This document shows, piece after piece, positions 1 to 9,007 of a stretch of 64,000 nt of DNA. How positions within the stretch are numbered: the first letter of the stretch is position 1; each line of letters opens with the position of its first letter. The stretch is from Candidatus Parcubacteria bacterium (GTDB taxonomy: Bacteria; Patescibacteriota; Minisyncoccia; Phycocordibacterales; Zambryskibacteraceae). The stretch lies in assembly GCA_019661785.1 (NCBI GenBank), contig JAIFWP010000002.1:161869-225868 (forward strand). Direction: 5' to 3'. Made by a program: the position numbers and the translations under genes. The notes beneath the pieces are model-generated. The model was not told where the DNA came from, ran no database searches, and worked only from the letters and a program-made list of their open reading frames with translations.

Positions 1-1290
1 GAAGCGGTGTTGCTCGTCGATAATAGCTAAAGCCAAGTGCTTAAACTTAACTGACTTCTGTATAAGAGCGTGTGTGCCTATGAGCACGGCTATCTCGCCG
101 CTCGCGACCCACTTCAAGAGTTGTGTACGGGAGATGTCGGTCCAGCCGCCCGGATTAACTTTGCTGGGGAACTTCCTACACCCGGCTCCAGTGATGAGGG
201 CGATGTTCACTGGCAAGTGCCTAAAGTACTTTATGAAAGAGTCGAAGTGCTGGCTCGCAAGTATCTCGGTCGGCGCCATGATAGCGGTCTGGAGAGTGCC
301 GAAGCCCTGTCCTTTAGGTTTGCTTGTTGTGACGGCATAAGCGAGAGAGGCGGCTACGGCTGTCTTGCCGCTACCTACATCACCCTCGAGCAAGCGCGAC
401 ATGGCATGCCCACGCTTGAAGTCCTCAAGCGCTCCCTCTATAGCTCGGCGCTGAGCGTTCGTTGCAGTGAAGGGGAAGCGCTCCATGAACCTTTCCATTT
501 CCTCCATGCTCTTGTCGATAACGAAGGCGCTCCGCTCCTTGAAGAGGTGTCGCGTCTTCTGCTTCTCTAGCTGGATAAAGAATATCTCCTCGAAGGCGAA
601 GCGCTTGCGAGCTGCCTCGGCGTCAGCCGCCTTCTGCGGGGCGTGTATCCAGACGAGAGCAGTGCGCAGAGTCGGGAGAGAATACTTTTTTAATATCTCT
701 TGCGGCAGAGGGTCCTCAATAGCGTCGAGGATGCCGGAGCCGAGCACAAGCTGCATCTTGTGGAAAAACCAGTTAGAGGTTACTCCGCGTGTCTCCGGAT
801 ATACAGGGTAAAGAGCGTGGATGTCAGAGTCCTTGCCAAAGAGTGATATTCCTATAGTCTGCGGCATATCACCCACATGCTCGACCTTGGGATTAGAGAA
901 ATACAATTCAGCATTCGACTTCTTCTCGCTCACTTTGCCCTCTACGCGCACTGTCGTGCCATCGTGGAGCATCTTCGCCAGGTACGGCTGGTGGAACCAG
1001 ATTATTTTTATCTTCTCTGAGCCGTCTGTGACCCAGGCCTCGGACATGGGTATTTTCTTCTTCCAGGCCTTGCTCGTCTTGAGCCCTGAGATAGTGCCGA
1101 AGACGGTGGCATGGTCGCCCTTAGCAAGGCTTGCAATGCTCGCCACCTCAGCCGTGTCGCCATAGCGAGTGGGGAAGTGATACAGGATATCCTCGACGGT
1201 CGTGAGCCCGAGCCTCTTAAGCGCCTTCTCCTGCGCGGGGAGTATGCGGAAGTGGGAGGAGAGAGGGTCAGATAGATTCATGTCGGTATT
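1..1290 (-). CDS. recG: ATP-dependent DNA helicase RecG, N-terminal about 430 aa; the ORF is open to the window edge
   Basis: Reverse-strand translation from the ATG at 1290 gives MNLSDPLS...HFPTRYGD (wedge region)...GDVGSGKT (Walker A)...IIDEQHRF (DEQH box) with no stop before position 1. It is missing from the ORF track because it has no stop inside the window. Confidence 0.85.
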
Positions 1291-1309
1291 CTACATTATA
1301 TATACGTGA

Positions 1310-1337
1310 AGCCGCCCGGAACTAGTTCCGGGCGGCG
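1310..1337. terminator. Perfect palindromic hairpin GCCGCCCGGAACT/AGTTCCGGGCGGC between recG and the small minus-strand gene
   Basis: A 13-bp perfect inverted repeat. The stop codon of ORF 1322..1516 lies in its loop. Confidence 0.5.
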
Positions 1338-1516
1338 GGGGCATCCTCGTCTGGGTGTTTGAGACGGAATTTGCCTTTCTTGTTCTGCCACTCCTCGTCG
1401 CCAATCCACTTCTGGCGGACGAGGCAGTCGTCTTTGCATCCTTCCGACTTGCAGATGATGCGTTCGTGCTGGTCATCTGGATGCCCAGTCTTGTCCTCCA
1501 CTACGTTGTGGCTCAT
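1322..1516 (-). CDS. Small Cys-containing hypothetical protein (64 aa)
   Basis: GGAGG Shine-Dalgarno 5 nt upstream of the ATG. The stop is embedded in the hairpin terminator. No recognizable family. Confidence 0.5.
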   Translation of the reverse strand: MSHNVVEDKTGHPDDQHERIICKSEGCKDDCLVRQKWIGDEEWQNKKGKFRLKHPDEDAPAARN

Positions 1517-1569
1517 GCTGCCTCCATGACAGGTGTCAGGTATGAGTATGGTTGAAATCTAGTCCGGAA

Positions 1570-1911
1570 CTACTCTACCACATCCTTCTTCTCATCCAAG
1601 CGGTCTAGATGGAGCGCCTTAAATACGAAGTATATAACAAGGGCGATGATTATGAGATTTATAAGGTTCGATACGAAGTCGCCCCACTTGAATATGACTC
1701 CATGGATGTCGAGGGTGAGCTTGCTTATGTCTCCAACTTTGCCCAAGAGTATGCCTATCACAGGGGTGAAGATGTCCTCGACTAAGGCTGTGACGGTCTT
1801 GGCCACGGCAGCGCCAATGATGAAGCCGATGGCCAGCCCGACTATGCCCTGAGTGCGGAGGAAGTGTATAAAGCCTTTCATGAGTTTAAAGACGTAAGGG
1901 AAGGGGCGCAC
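1570..1911 (-). CDS. mscL: Large-conductance mechanosensitive channel MscL; the true start is probably the internal Met near 1881 (MKGFIHFL...)
   Basis: MKGFxxFLxxGNVVDLAVGVIIGAAF-type N-terminus, two TM helices and a charged C-terminal tail. Confidence 0.8.
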   Translation of the reverse strand: MRPFPYVFKLMKGFIHFLRTQGIVGLAIGFIIGAAVAKTVTALVEDIFTPVIGILLGKVGDISKLTLDIHGVIFKWGDFVSNLINLIIIALVIYFVFKALHLDRLDEKKDVVE

Positions 1912-1927
1912 TTTCGTGCGCCCTTTG

Positions 1928-2566
1928 CTACAGCCTTTCTGCCGCCAGTATCACAGCGAGCTGCAGCTTGGCTCGATGGACCCGCATCTTCACGGTACCC
2001 ACGGTTATGCCAAGCAGCTCGGCGATCTCATTGTGGCTCAGGTCATCCATGTGGAAAAGGTAGTACGACTCACGGAGACTCGGAGTCATCTTCACCATCG
2101 CTTCGCGGAGAGTCTCTTCGGCTTGCTTTCTATCGAGTACTCTCTCGGTGCTGTTCTCCTTGTCCTCGTACACCTCTTCCTCGTCTGGTACGAGACTTAG
2201 GCTCGTCTCATTCCTGCTGCGGAAGCTTCGGATGTCGCTCACGATAAAGTTCTTGACTGCGGTGAAGAGCCAAGACCGGAGCTTGCTCTCGTCGCGGAAC
2301 ATTGGCAGATGCTTCAAGAGCTTTAGGAAGGTGTTCTGGACGATGTCCTCGGCGAGGTCTCTGTCCTGAACAATCTTGTCCGCAAAGATGACGAGTCTGA
2401 GCCAGTATCGGCGGTAGATCTCAGCACATGCGAGCGGCTCGCCCTCATTGTGGGCCTTCACCAGCTCGCCGTCGCTTAGGCGAGATAGGGACGAGGTGCT
2501 GCTCGATGCGACTGAGAGCATGTTGGAGAAGTCCCTTAAGGCGCTTCCCTTCGTATTGGCAGACAT
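1928..2566 (-). CDS. ECF (sigma-70 family) RNA polymerase sigma factor
   Basis: Region 2 (YRRYWLRLVIFADKIV...DIVQNTFLKLL) and a region 4 HTH (LSHNEIAELLGITVGTVKMRVHRAK). AAGGAG RBS 7 nt before the ATG. Confidence 0.85.
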   Translation of the reverse strand: MSANTKGSALRDFSNMLSVASSSTSSLSRLSDGELVKAHNEGEPLACAEIYRRYWLRLVIFADKIVQDRDLAEDIVQNTFLKLLKHLPMFRDESKLRSWLFTAVKNFIVSDIRSFRSRNETSLSLVPDEEEVYEDKENSTERVLDRKQAEETLREAMVKMTPSLRESYYLFHMDDLSHNEIAELLGITVGTVKMRVHRAKLQLAVILAAERL

Positions 2567-2677
2567 ATCGAAGCTCCTTTGGGGTGGGTTGAAGGACGTT
2601 CTGTGGGAGATTATGCACCTGTGTGGGCATAAATCAACTCTGCTGTATAATCAAAGTATTAGAAATTAGTTAAAAAT

Positions 2678-3064
2678 ATGCTTGCACAAATGTCCCAATA
2701 CCATGACGAAGCCTTCCTCTTGGTGAGGCTCGTAGTGGGTTACATCTTCATCTACCACGGTCTGCCTAAGCTCAGGAAGCCAGAAGGCATGGCGCAAGGT
2801 CTCGGCTGGCCTAAGGGAGCTATCATGCTCATCGGCCTTGTGGAGCTCTTGGGTGGTCTCGGCGTCGGTCTCGGTGTATACATACAAGTCTGCGCCATCC
2901 TCCTTGCTCTCGTCATGGTCGGTGCTGGTTGGATGAAGATAACTAAGTGGAAGACCCCATTCTTCACCATGACAGCTACTGGCTGGGAGTACGACCTTAT
3001 CCTCTTTGCTGTCTGCCTCTTCATCGCTGCTCATGGAGCAAGCATGTACTCCTTGATGATGTAG
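2678..3064 (+). CDS. DoxX-family membrane protein
   Basis: Four-TM DoxX-like pattern (LLRLVVGYIFIYHGLPKL...). TATAAT about 27 nt upstream. Confidence 0.7.
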   Translation: MLAQMSQYHDEAFLLVRLVVGYIFIYHGLPKLRKPEGMAQGLGWPKGAIMLIGLVELLGGLGVGLGVYIQVCAILLALVMVGAGWMKITKWKTPFFTMTATGWEYDLILFAVCLFIAAHGASMYSLMM

Positions 3065-3065
3065 T

Positions 3066-3473
3066 ATGGCGATACTCAATAGAGACAAGTCCAAGAACAC
3101 GACCCTCTTCCTACTCCGGCTTGCGGCATCCTACATATTTATCCAAAGCGGGGGACTCCTCCTCTTTGGTTGGTTTGGCGGCATGCCGGCCGGAGTACCG
3201 GTGACGACTCTCCTCACCATAGCTGGCATCCTTGAGTTGGTCGGAGGCGTAGCTATACTCCTGGGCATCTTCACTCGCCCTGTCGCCTTCATCCTCGCGG
3301 GTGAGATGGCGGTGGCGTACTTCATCGGCCACGCTATGCCTATGGGCCACATGTGGGTCCCGCTCTTGAACCAAGGTGAGCCAGCTATGCTCCTCTGCTT
3401 CATCTTCCTCTACTTTGCCGCTCGCGGCGCAGGCAGTCTCAGTCTCGACGCCAAGTTGCGAAAGGCGTACTAA
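3066..3473 (+). CDS. DoxX-family membrane protein, tandem paralog
   Basis: LLRLAASYIFIQSG...; starts 2 nt after the previous stop. Confidence 0.7.
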   Translation: MAILNRDKSKNTTLFLLRLAASYIFIQSGGLLLFGWFGGMPAGVPVTTLLTIAGILELVGGVAILLGIFTRPVAFILAGEMAVAYFIGHAMPMGHMWVPLLNQGEPAMLLCFIFLYFAARGAGSLSLDAKLRKAY

Positions 3474-3488
3474 TCCGTCTGTATCTGT

Positions 3489-3827
3489 ATGAAGATTATC
3501 CTTAGACTCCTCATCTCGGCGGGAGCTATAGCTGTGGCGGTAAAGCTCCTACCCGGCGTGCATGTGAGCGGGGGATGGCAGACTTACCTCATCCTCGCTA
3601 TAGTCCTCGCGGCTATCAACTTCTTCATTAAGCCTGTTCTTTTGCTTCTGACTCTACCGCTTAGCATACTCACGCTCGGGCTCTTCACGGTTGTGCTCAA
3701 TGCTGCGCTTGTCTTCCTTGCGACAAAGATTGTCCCAGGCTTTACCGTGGACTCCTTCCTCTACGCAGTCTACTTCGGTGTCGTACTAGCAATAGTAAAC
3801 GGCGTACTAAAGCGCCTCGACGACTAG
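3489..3827 (+). CDS. YvlD / phage-holin-4_2 (PF04020-like) four-TM membrane protein
   Basis: LLPGVHVSG.W...LPLSILTLGLFTVVLNA...VPGFTVD matches the family consensus. Confidence 0.7.
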   Translation: MKIILRLLISAGAIAVAVKLLPGVHVSGGWQTYLILAIVLAAINFFIKPVLLLLTLPLSILTLGLFTVVLNAALVFLATKIVPGFTVDSFLYAVYFGVVLAIVNGVLKRLDD

Positions 3828-4127
3828 CTACCAGACCTTATATATCTCGCGGCCACCGGAGACGTACATGTCGTTCATGTCCTTCCACTTGTCCTGCTCC
3901 TCTTTGCTCACCTCAGAGTAATCCTTCTCCATCTCCTTACGCATAGCCTCTTCGAACTCGGCGAGGTTATTGTAGTTATGAATCATGATGACGCGGTGCC
4001 ATTGGCCTGTCATGTCGGTGAGTATGTAAGGACCCTTTACTGGGTCGAAGGGCATGGTCTTCATGAGCTTGGCTATCTTCGAGGCATTGCCGGGCTTACA
4101 GACGAATGTGTTGTGTACTTGGATCAT
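3828..4127 (-). CDS. Hypothetical protein (99 aa), possibly a small alpha/beta-barrel protein
   Basis: Clean ORF overlapping the next gene by 4 nt, which suggests an operon. No confident family. Confidence 0.5.
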   Translation of the reverse strand: MIQVHNTFVCKPGNASKIAKLMKTMPFDPVKGPYILTDMTGQWHRVIMIHNYNNLAEFEEAMRKEMEKDYSEVSKEEQDKWKDMNDMYVSGGREIYKVW

Positions 4128-4384
4128 CCCGTTAGAGTTAGGAAGCGCTTAATTCTATTGTTAATAAATCGTTTACCCATGCCAGATTTTAAATATTTTT
4201 CTCTGGCCCTAGCGTCATCTTCATTATGACACGCTTCGCAGTATATAACGTAAAAAGGACCACGACCTTTCGTATATGTTGACTTACCATTGTTGTGCTG
4301 CCATAAGCGCTTCCGTAAACTATTCGTGATGCCTGTGTACCACTTACCGTCTTTCTTGCTCTTTAGTACGTAGTTGTACCACAT
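4124..4384 (-). CDS. GIY-YIG nuclease family protein (UPF0213-like)
   Basis: YNYVLKSKKDGKWYTGITNSLRKRLWQHNNGK...KYLKSG matches the GIY-YIG core. Confidence 0.8.
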   Translation of the reverse strand: MWYNYVLKSKKDGKWYTGITNSLRKRLWQHNNGKSTYTKGRGPFYVIYCEACHNEDDARAREKYLKSGMGKRFINNRIKRFLTLTG

Positions 4385-4442
4385 AACAGAGTGAACTCTA
4401 ACGGGATCATAAATTGTTATTAAGAATTATTTTAGGTATGCG

Positions 4443-4625
4443 TTATGCCGGATGGCGCTCAAGGAAGTCTTCAATCATCGCTTCCTGCTTATCTTTGAAT
4501 TCCGGCAGGTTTTGCTCCTCGATAAACTTGCGGAGGAAGCCAACCTCAGCGCGGAGGGCCATGACTGTGCCTCGCTCCTCTCCAAACCGCCCGATGAGCT
4601 CTTGTATGAATTCTGGATAAGTCAT
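4443..4625 (-). CDS. Small hypothetical protein (60 aa)
   Basis: ORF only. A competing plus-strand ORF 4452..4667 looks less protein-like. Confidence 0.3.
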   Translation of the reverse strand: MTYPEFIQELIGRFGEERGTVMALRAEVGFLRKFIEEQNLPEFKDKQEAMIEDFLERHPA

Positions 4626-4700
4626 TTTAGTTTGCGAGTGCTATTAAGAGGAGTGCGATACTTATGACGGCGTAGGTGCCCAAAGTCTTAGTAAAGAGCC

Positions 4701-4940
4701 TTACTCCTTAGTCTCGTAGGCCTTGCGGACGTTAGCTTGGATAAAGTCGCTTAGCCCCTGGCCTGCTTCAGCTAGCTCCTTCATCTGCGCGACATTGTCT
4801 GCCCCGGCGCTCGCGTTCGTATACTTATATGTATAGAACCCGCTTCGGCTTGGGGTCTTGAACTTCACAATGATAAAGTCCTCGCCTATCTCATAGCTCT
4901 CGACGGGGGACTGCCCACTCACATTTTTGTATTCCTGCAT
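4701..4940 (-). CDS. KTSC-domain protein
   Basis: VESYEIGEDFIIVKFKTPSRSGFYTYKYTN...FIQANVRKAYE resembles the KTSC domain (PF13619). Confidence 0.55.
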   Translation of the reverse strand: MQEYKNVSGQSPVESYEIGEDFIIVKFKTPSRSGFYTYKYTNASAGADNVAQMKELAEAGQGLSDFIQANVRKAYETKE

Positions 4941-5028
4941 GGCTTTGGATTAACCTAATAATTCCGTCGGTACATTATAGCCCTTTGGATGGGAAAAACG
5001 GCCTATTTATGCTAAATTGGCCTTGTCT

Positions 5029-5120
5029 GGAGACGTGTCAGAGTGGTCTATCGTACCTCTTTGCTAAAGAGGTGTGCCCTTTAAAAGGCACCGACGGTTC
5101 GAATCCGTCCGTCTCCGCCA
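5029..5120 (+). tRNA. tRNA-Ser(GCU), class II with a long variable arm; CCA encoded
   Basis: Acceptor GGAGACG/CGTCTCC, anticodon arm CCTCT-TTGCTAA-AGAGG, variable hairpin GTGCC...GGCAC and T-arm GACGG-TTCGAAT-CCGTC. Confidence 0.85.
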
Positions 5121-5204
5121 AGTAGCCGTTCTTAGTGTTGAGTTGTTATCAACAGCTTTCAGTTTTTTGTCAAATAGTCGTTTTTTTCATGATAGTCTGA
5201 ATGT

Positions 5205-7046
5205 ATGCAATGGAACGAGCGACTTACGGAAAATATTATAAATGGCTGGCTTAATAAGGTAGGAATCACAGAAAAAGATGGTTTTTCTGTTGAGCAACAA
5301 CTTAGTTCTAATCCGAGGATAGAAAAACTTCTTAAAAATGCTAGTAAGTCTGGAAACGGTGTTGGAAAACCTGAGTTCATAATAACTAAAAATACTGAAC
5401 AGAATTTTATTTTAATAATTGAATGTAAGGCTGATCCAAAATTTCATGAGTCCAAAAATCACGATAAATACAAAGACTACGCAGTTGATGGAGTTCTGCT
5501 ATACGCTTCTTATCTCGCCAAAGAATTTAATGTCATTGCCGTAGCTGTAAGTGGACAAAAAGAAGCAGAAATTAAAATAGACACTTTTCTACATCCTCGA
5601 GGATCTCTTAGGGCAGCTCCCCTAAAAGAAGGTGCTAGAGGGACAGCAATAAGAGAGATTATATCCTGGACTGATTATATACGTCATGCCACTTATGATG
5701 AAAATCTGACTCGAGTACGTCGTGAAGATTTAGCCAGATTTTCCCGTGATCTTCATAACTACATGCGTGACTATGCAAAAATAACTGAAGCTGATAAGCC
5801 CTTGCTTGTCAGTGGTATTCTTATCGCACTAATGGATGATGGATTTAAAGTTTCCTATTCTAAGTATGAGGAAGGATCATTGGCGAAGAGAACATATGAG
5901 ACAGTTAGAGATATTATTAACTCCGCCCAACTCGGAATAAATCAGGAAGAAAAAAAAGATGCAATCATAAATTCTTTTAGCTTTATTAAGCATCATCCTG
6001 AATTAAAAAAGATAGATCCTGAAACTAAAGAATCGCCGTTGGCACATATAATTAAAGAGATTGATCTTGAGGTCAGACCTTTTACTGAGGATCATTATGA
6101 TTTTGATGTGATTGGAAGCTTCTATGCTGAATTTGTTCGTTATACTGGCGGAGACAAAAAAGGTCTTGGTATTGTACTAACACCCAAACATCTAACAGAT
6201 TTGTTTGCAGATCTTGCTGGAGTTAATAAGAACTCAACTATTTTAGATACGTGTGCTGGCACGGGGGGGTTTCTAATATCAGCCATGCAAAAGATGACCA
6301 AAAATGTCAGTGATCTTGAAAGAAAGAGAATTTTGAGTGATTCTCTTATCGGTATTGAACAAGAACCAAAAATGTTTGCCTTGGCGGTTTCTAACATGAT
6401 CCTGAGAGGAGACGGAAAGACTAATCTTTATCAAGGATCATGTTTTGACGAGGATATTATTGGTCCCCTACGTGGTAAGGCAACGGTTGGATTTATTAAT
6501 CCCCCTTATTCTCAAAAAGGAAAAGCACTTCATGAATGGAATTTTATTGAAACTTTGTTGGATTCCTTGCAAGAAAATGCTACAGGAATTGTTGTGGTGC
6601 CGATGTCTTTATCAATTGCTCCTCATCCGACTCGACAAAAAATTTTGATTAATCATAGGCTGGAAGCTGTAATGAGTATGCCGGATGATTTATTTTATCC
6701 AGTAGGTGTCGTGTCGTGTATTATGGTTTTCACGGCGCACAAACCGCACGATAGTGAGCCAAGGCACGAGAGTTGGTTTGGTTATTGGAAAGACGATGGT
6801 TTTATAAAGGATCGCTTACAAGGCAGAATTCCCACGTCTAGATGGCCACTGATACGCGAAAAATGGCTTAACACTTTTTCTAAAAGAGAAGTGATCCCAG
6901 GTTTTAGCGTACGCAAAAAAGTAGATGGAAATGATGAATGGTGCGCAGAAGCTTATCTAGAAACAGACTACTCTTCAATAAAAGAAGAGGATTTTGAAGA
7001 TTTAATTAAGAGATACATTTTATTTAAAACCCTTAGTAATAGGTAA
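5205..7046 (+). CDS. Type IIB (BcgI-like) restriction-modification enzyme: N-terminal PD-(D/E)xK endonuclease fused to a gamma-class N6-adenine DNA methyltransferase
   Basis: N-terminus GKPEFIIT...ILIIECKAD (PE...ECK nuclease motif). The C-terminal half has AdoMet motif I (LDTCAGTGGFL) and motif IV (NPPY). 613 aa is close to BcgIA. AT-rich codon usage. Confidence 0.75.
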   Translation: MQWNERLTENIINGWLNKVGITEKDGFSVEQQLSSNPRIEKLLKNASKSGNGVGKPEFIITKNTEQNFILIIECKADPKFHESKNHDKYKDYAVDGVLLYASYLAKEFNVIAVAVSGQKEAEIKIDTFLHPRGSLRAAPLKEGARGTAIREIISWTDYIRHATYDENLTRVRREDLARFSRDLHNYMRDYAKITEADKPLLVSGILIALMDDGFKVSYSKYEEGSLAKRTYETVRDIINSAQLGINQEEKKDAIINSFSFIKHHPELKKIDPETKESPLAHIIKEIDLEVRPFTEDHYDFDVIGSFYAEFVRYTGGDKKGLGIVLTPKHLTDLFADLAGVNKNSTILDTCAGTGGFLISAMQKMTKNVSDLERKRILSDSLIGIEQEPKMFALAVSNMILRGDGKTNLYQGSCFDEDIIGPLRGKATVGFINPPYSQKGKALHEWNFIETLLDSLQENATGIVVVPMSLSIAPHPTRQKILINHRLEAVMSMPDDLFYPVGVVSCIMVFTAHKPHDSEPRHESWFGYWKDDGFIKDRLQGRIPTSRWPLIREKWLNTFSKREVIPGFSVRKKVDGNDEWCAEAYLETDYSSIKEEDFEDLIKRYILFKTLSNR

Positions 7047-7047
7047 T

Positions 7048-8007
7048 ATGGAATTAACACCTCTAAACACAATTTTTGACATTGAGTATGGAAATAAATT
7101 CGATCTGAATAAAATGATTATTAAAGATAAAAGCAAGATAGCTTTTGTGGGGCGTACAGAAAAAAATAATGGTGTTACGGCGTATGTTGAAGAGGTGTCT
7201 GGGATAAGTCCATATGATCCAGGTTTCATAACTGTCGCTCTCGGCGGTGCAATTCTTGAGTCTAATCTCCAGCCATTCCCTTTTTATACGGCGCAGAATG
7301 TTGCAGTTTTAAAACCTAAAAATACAATGAGTGACGAAGAGAAACTTTTCTATGCTTTTGCTATTGAAGCTAACAAATTCAGATATGGCGCCTTTGGTAG
7401 AGAGGCTAATCGTTCCTTGAGAACGCTTCTTGTTCCGAAGTCTATTCCCAAGATGTTTATGAAGAAGAGTAATTTTGAACCATCTAATGAATCTATATTA
7501 TTCCCAAGGGAGGTGACATTTCCACCTACTTTATGGAAATCATTCAAGTACAAAGATATATTTGATATCCAAACTGGTATTGGTCCATTAGTAAAATCAA
7601 GAACAATCGAGAATGGAGCAGTCCCTTTTGTGTCTACAACATCTGAGAGTAATGGTTTCTCTTACTATTATGCTGGTCCTGCAAAACATGCCGCAAATCT
7701 CATAACCGTGAGTAATGATGGATCTGTAGGAGAAGCTTTCTATCAAGATAAACCATTTTCTGCCAGCTATAAGGTTAATATTTTAGCTCCAAAATTTGAA
7801 CTTAATTTGTATAGGGCATTATTTTTGAACGCGATCATTAGAAAAGAAAAATATCGTTATTCATACGGACGCAAGTGGGGACTAGATAGAATGAAGGAAT
7901 CAATAATGAAATTGCCAGCATGTCCAAATGGGAGTCCTGATTGGAAATATATGGAAGATTATATAAAGTCTCTGCCGTATACCAAGACTTTGCTCAGCTA
8001 CGTTTAA
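7048..8007 (+). CDS. Restriction-modification specificity (S) subunit with two TRD-like halves (BcgIB-like)
   Basis: Starts 2 nt after the RM gene. Internal duplication (FDIEYGNKF... / FDIQTGIGP...) and HsdS-like conserved linkers (LLVPKSIP..., IMKLPA). Confidence 0.65.
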   Translation: MELTPLNTIFDIEYGNKFDLNKMIIKDKSKIAFVGRTEKNNGVTAYVEEVSGISPYDPGFITVALGGAILESNLQPFPFYTAQNVAVLKPKNTMSDEEKLFYAFAIEANKFRYGAFGREANRSLRTLLVPKSIPKMFMKKSNFEPSNESILFPREVTFPPTLWKSFKYKDIFDIQTGIGPLVKSRTIENGAVPFVSTTSESNGFSYYYAGPAKHAANLITVSNDGSVGEAFYQDKPFSASYKVNILAPKFELNLYRALFLNAIIRKEKYRYSYGRKWGLDRMKESIMKLPACPNGSPDWKYMEDYIKSLPYTKTLLSYV

Positions 8008-8109
8008 ATTAAAGATTTTAATCTGTAATATTAAATTAAGTACATCAAATTTTATAAATTTCGAACGCCTTGAAAGATTAAAGGTTTTGTTGTAGTTTTG
8101 GTTGAATAA

Positions 8110-8976
8110 ATGACCTCACAACTTTTTCCAGAAGCAGCTCTCCCACAGTATCTTTTGGATATTTATTTCCAAGGGCCATCTTTTAACGGAATGATGGAGA
8201 TTGATTCCCTCGCCAAAGAGGTTCAAGGCTTAGAGACTGTGTTGAGAATTGCGTTGCATTCCCTGATAAAAAATAAAAGGCTTAATCTGAAAAGTGGGGA
8301 CTTGGAAATTTATGTTGAGGCATTTGAGAAGGGATCATTTCGAAAAAGAATAAAAGTTTTTAATAGGACAACAAAAGAATATGTGCCTCTAGTTAGTTTG
8401 GCAACATTAGTTGTCTTGATATTCCAAACGATCCCTCAATATAAAACAGAGGAGATAAAAACTTTGTCTCCAGAGCTAATTGCTTCAGTGAGAGATCAGG
8501 TAGTGTTAGAACTATTGCAGGATAAGAAGTTTTTGGGTGCAGCGGCTGATATTGTACAGCCTATATCGCTTGGAGGTGATATGTGCACTTTGTCTTCAGC
8601 CGTTGACAATAAAGCCGTGATTGATTCCGAAACTAGTAAGAAGTTTATTAATTTAACTGATTCTGCTGAGAGTTCAGTTGATGATGGGGAATATTATGAA
8701 GTATTGCAGGGAAGAATAAACAGGGTGGATCTGGATGCTTCAAGAAGGCATATAGGATTTAAGGTCAATAGTGAGGGAGCGACAATTGATGCAACATTTC
8801 AAAATAAGCCATCTCCCGAAGAAATGAAGTCTTTGCTTGGTGAGTGGGTGGAAATCAAAGGTAATGTTTCGTATATAGGCGGCCAAAGAAGTCATGTGGA
8901 TATCTCTGAATTTAATGTAATCAAACAGAGGCAATTTGATATGCATTCTGATCAATCAGATAATCCCAAAAAATAA
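8110..8976 (+). CDS. Hypothetical protein (288 aa) in the AT-rich island
   Basis: Long clean ORF with AT-rich composition like the RM genes. No recognizable motifs. Confidence 0.55.
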   Translation: MTSQLFPEAALPQYLLDIYFQGPSFNGMMEIDSLAKEVQGLETVLRIALHSLIKNKRLNLKSGDLEIYVEAFEKGSFRKRIKVFNRTTKEYVPLVSLATLVVLIFQTIPQYKTEEIKTLSPELIASVRDQVVLELLQDKKFLGAAADIVQPISLGGDMCTLSSAVDNKAVIDSETSKKFINLTDSAESSVDDGEYYEVLQGRINRVDLDASRRHIGFKVNSEGATIDATFQNKPSPEEMKSLLGEWVEIKGNVSYIGGQRSHVDISEFNVIKQRQFDMHSDQSDNPKK

Positions 8977-9007
8977 ATTAATATTACCGAGGTACACTTA
9001 AGCCCTA

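Noticed and set aside
70-1165. Plus-strand ORFs 70..570, 74..340, 467..811 and 821..1165
   Set aside because: They are antisense to the well-supported recG reading frame (Walker A and DEQH motifs on the minus strand) and have no recognizable motifs of their own.
5029-9000. Integrative element (prophage or ICE) at tRNA-Ser
   Set aside because: No integrase, no recombinase, and no detectable direct repeat of the tRNA 3' end at the far boundary. It is described as a defense island rather than a mobile element.
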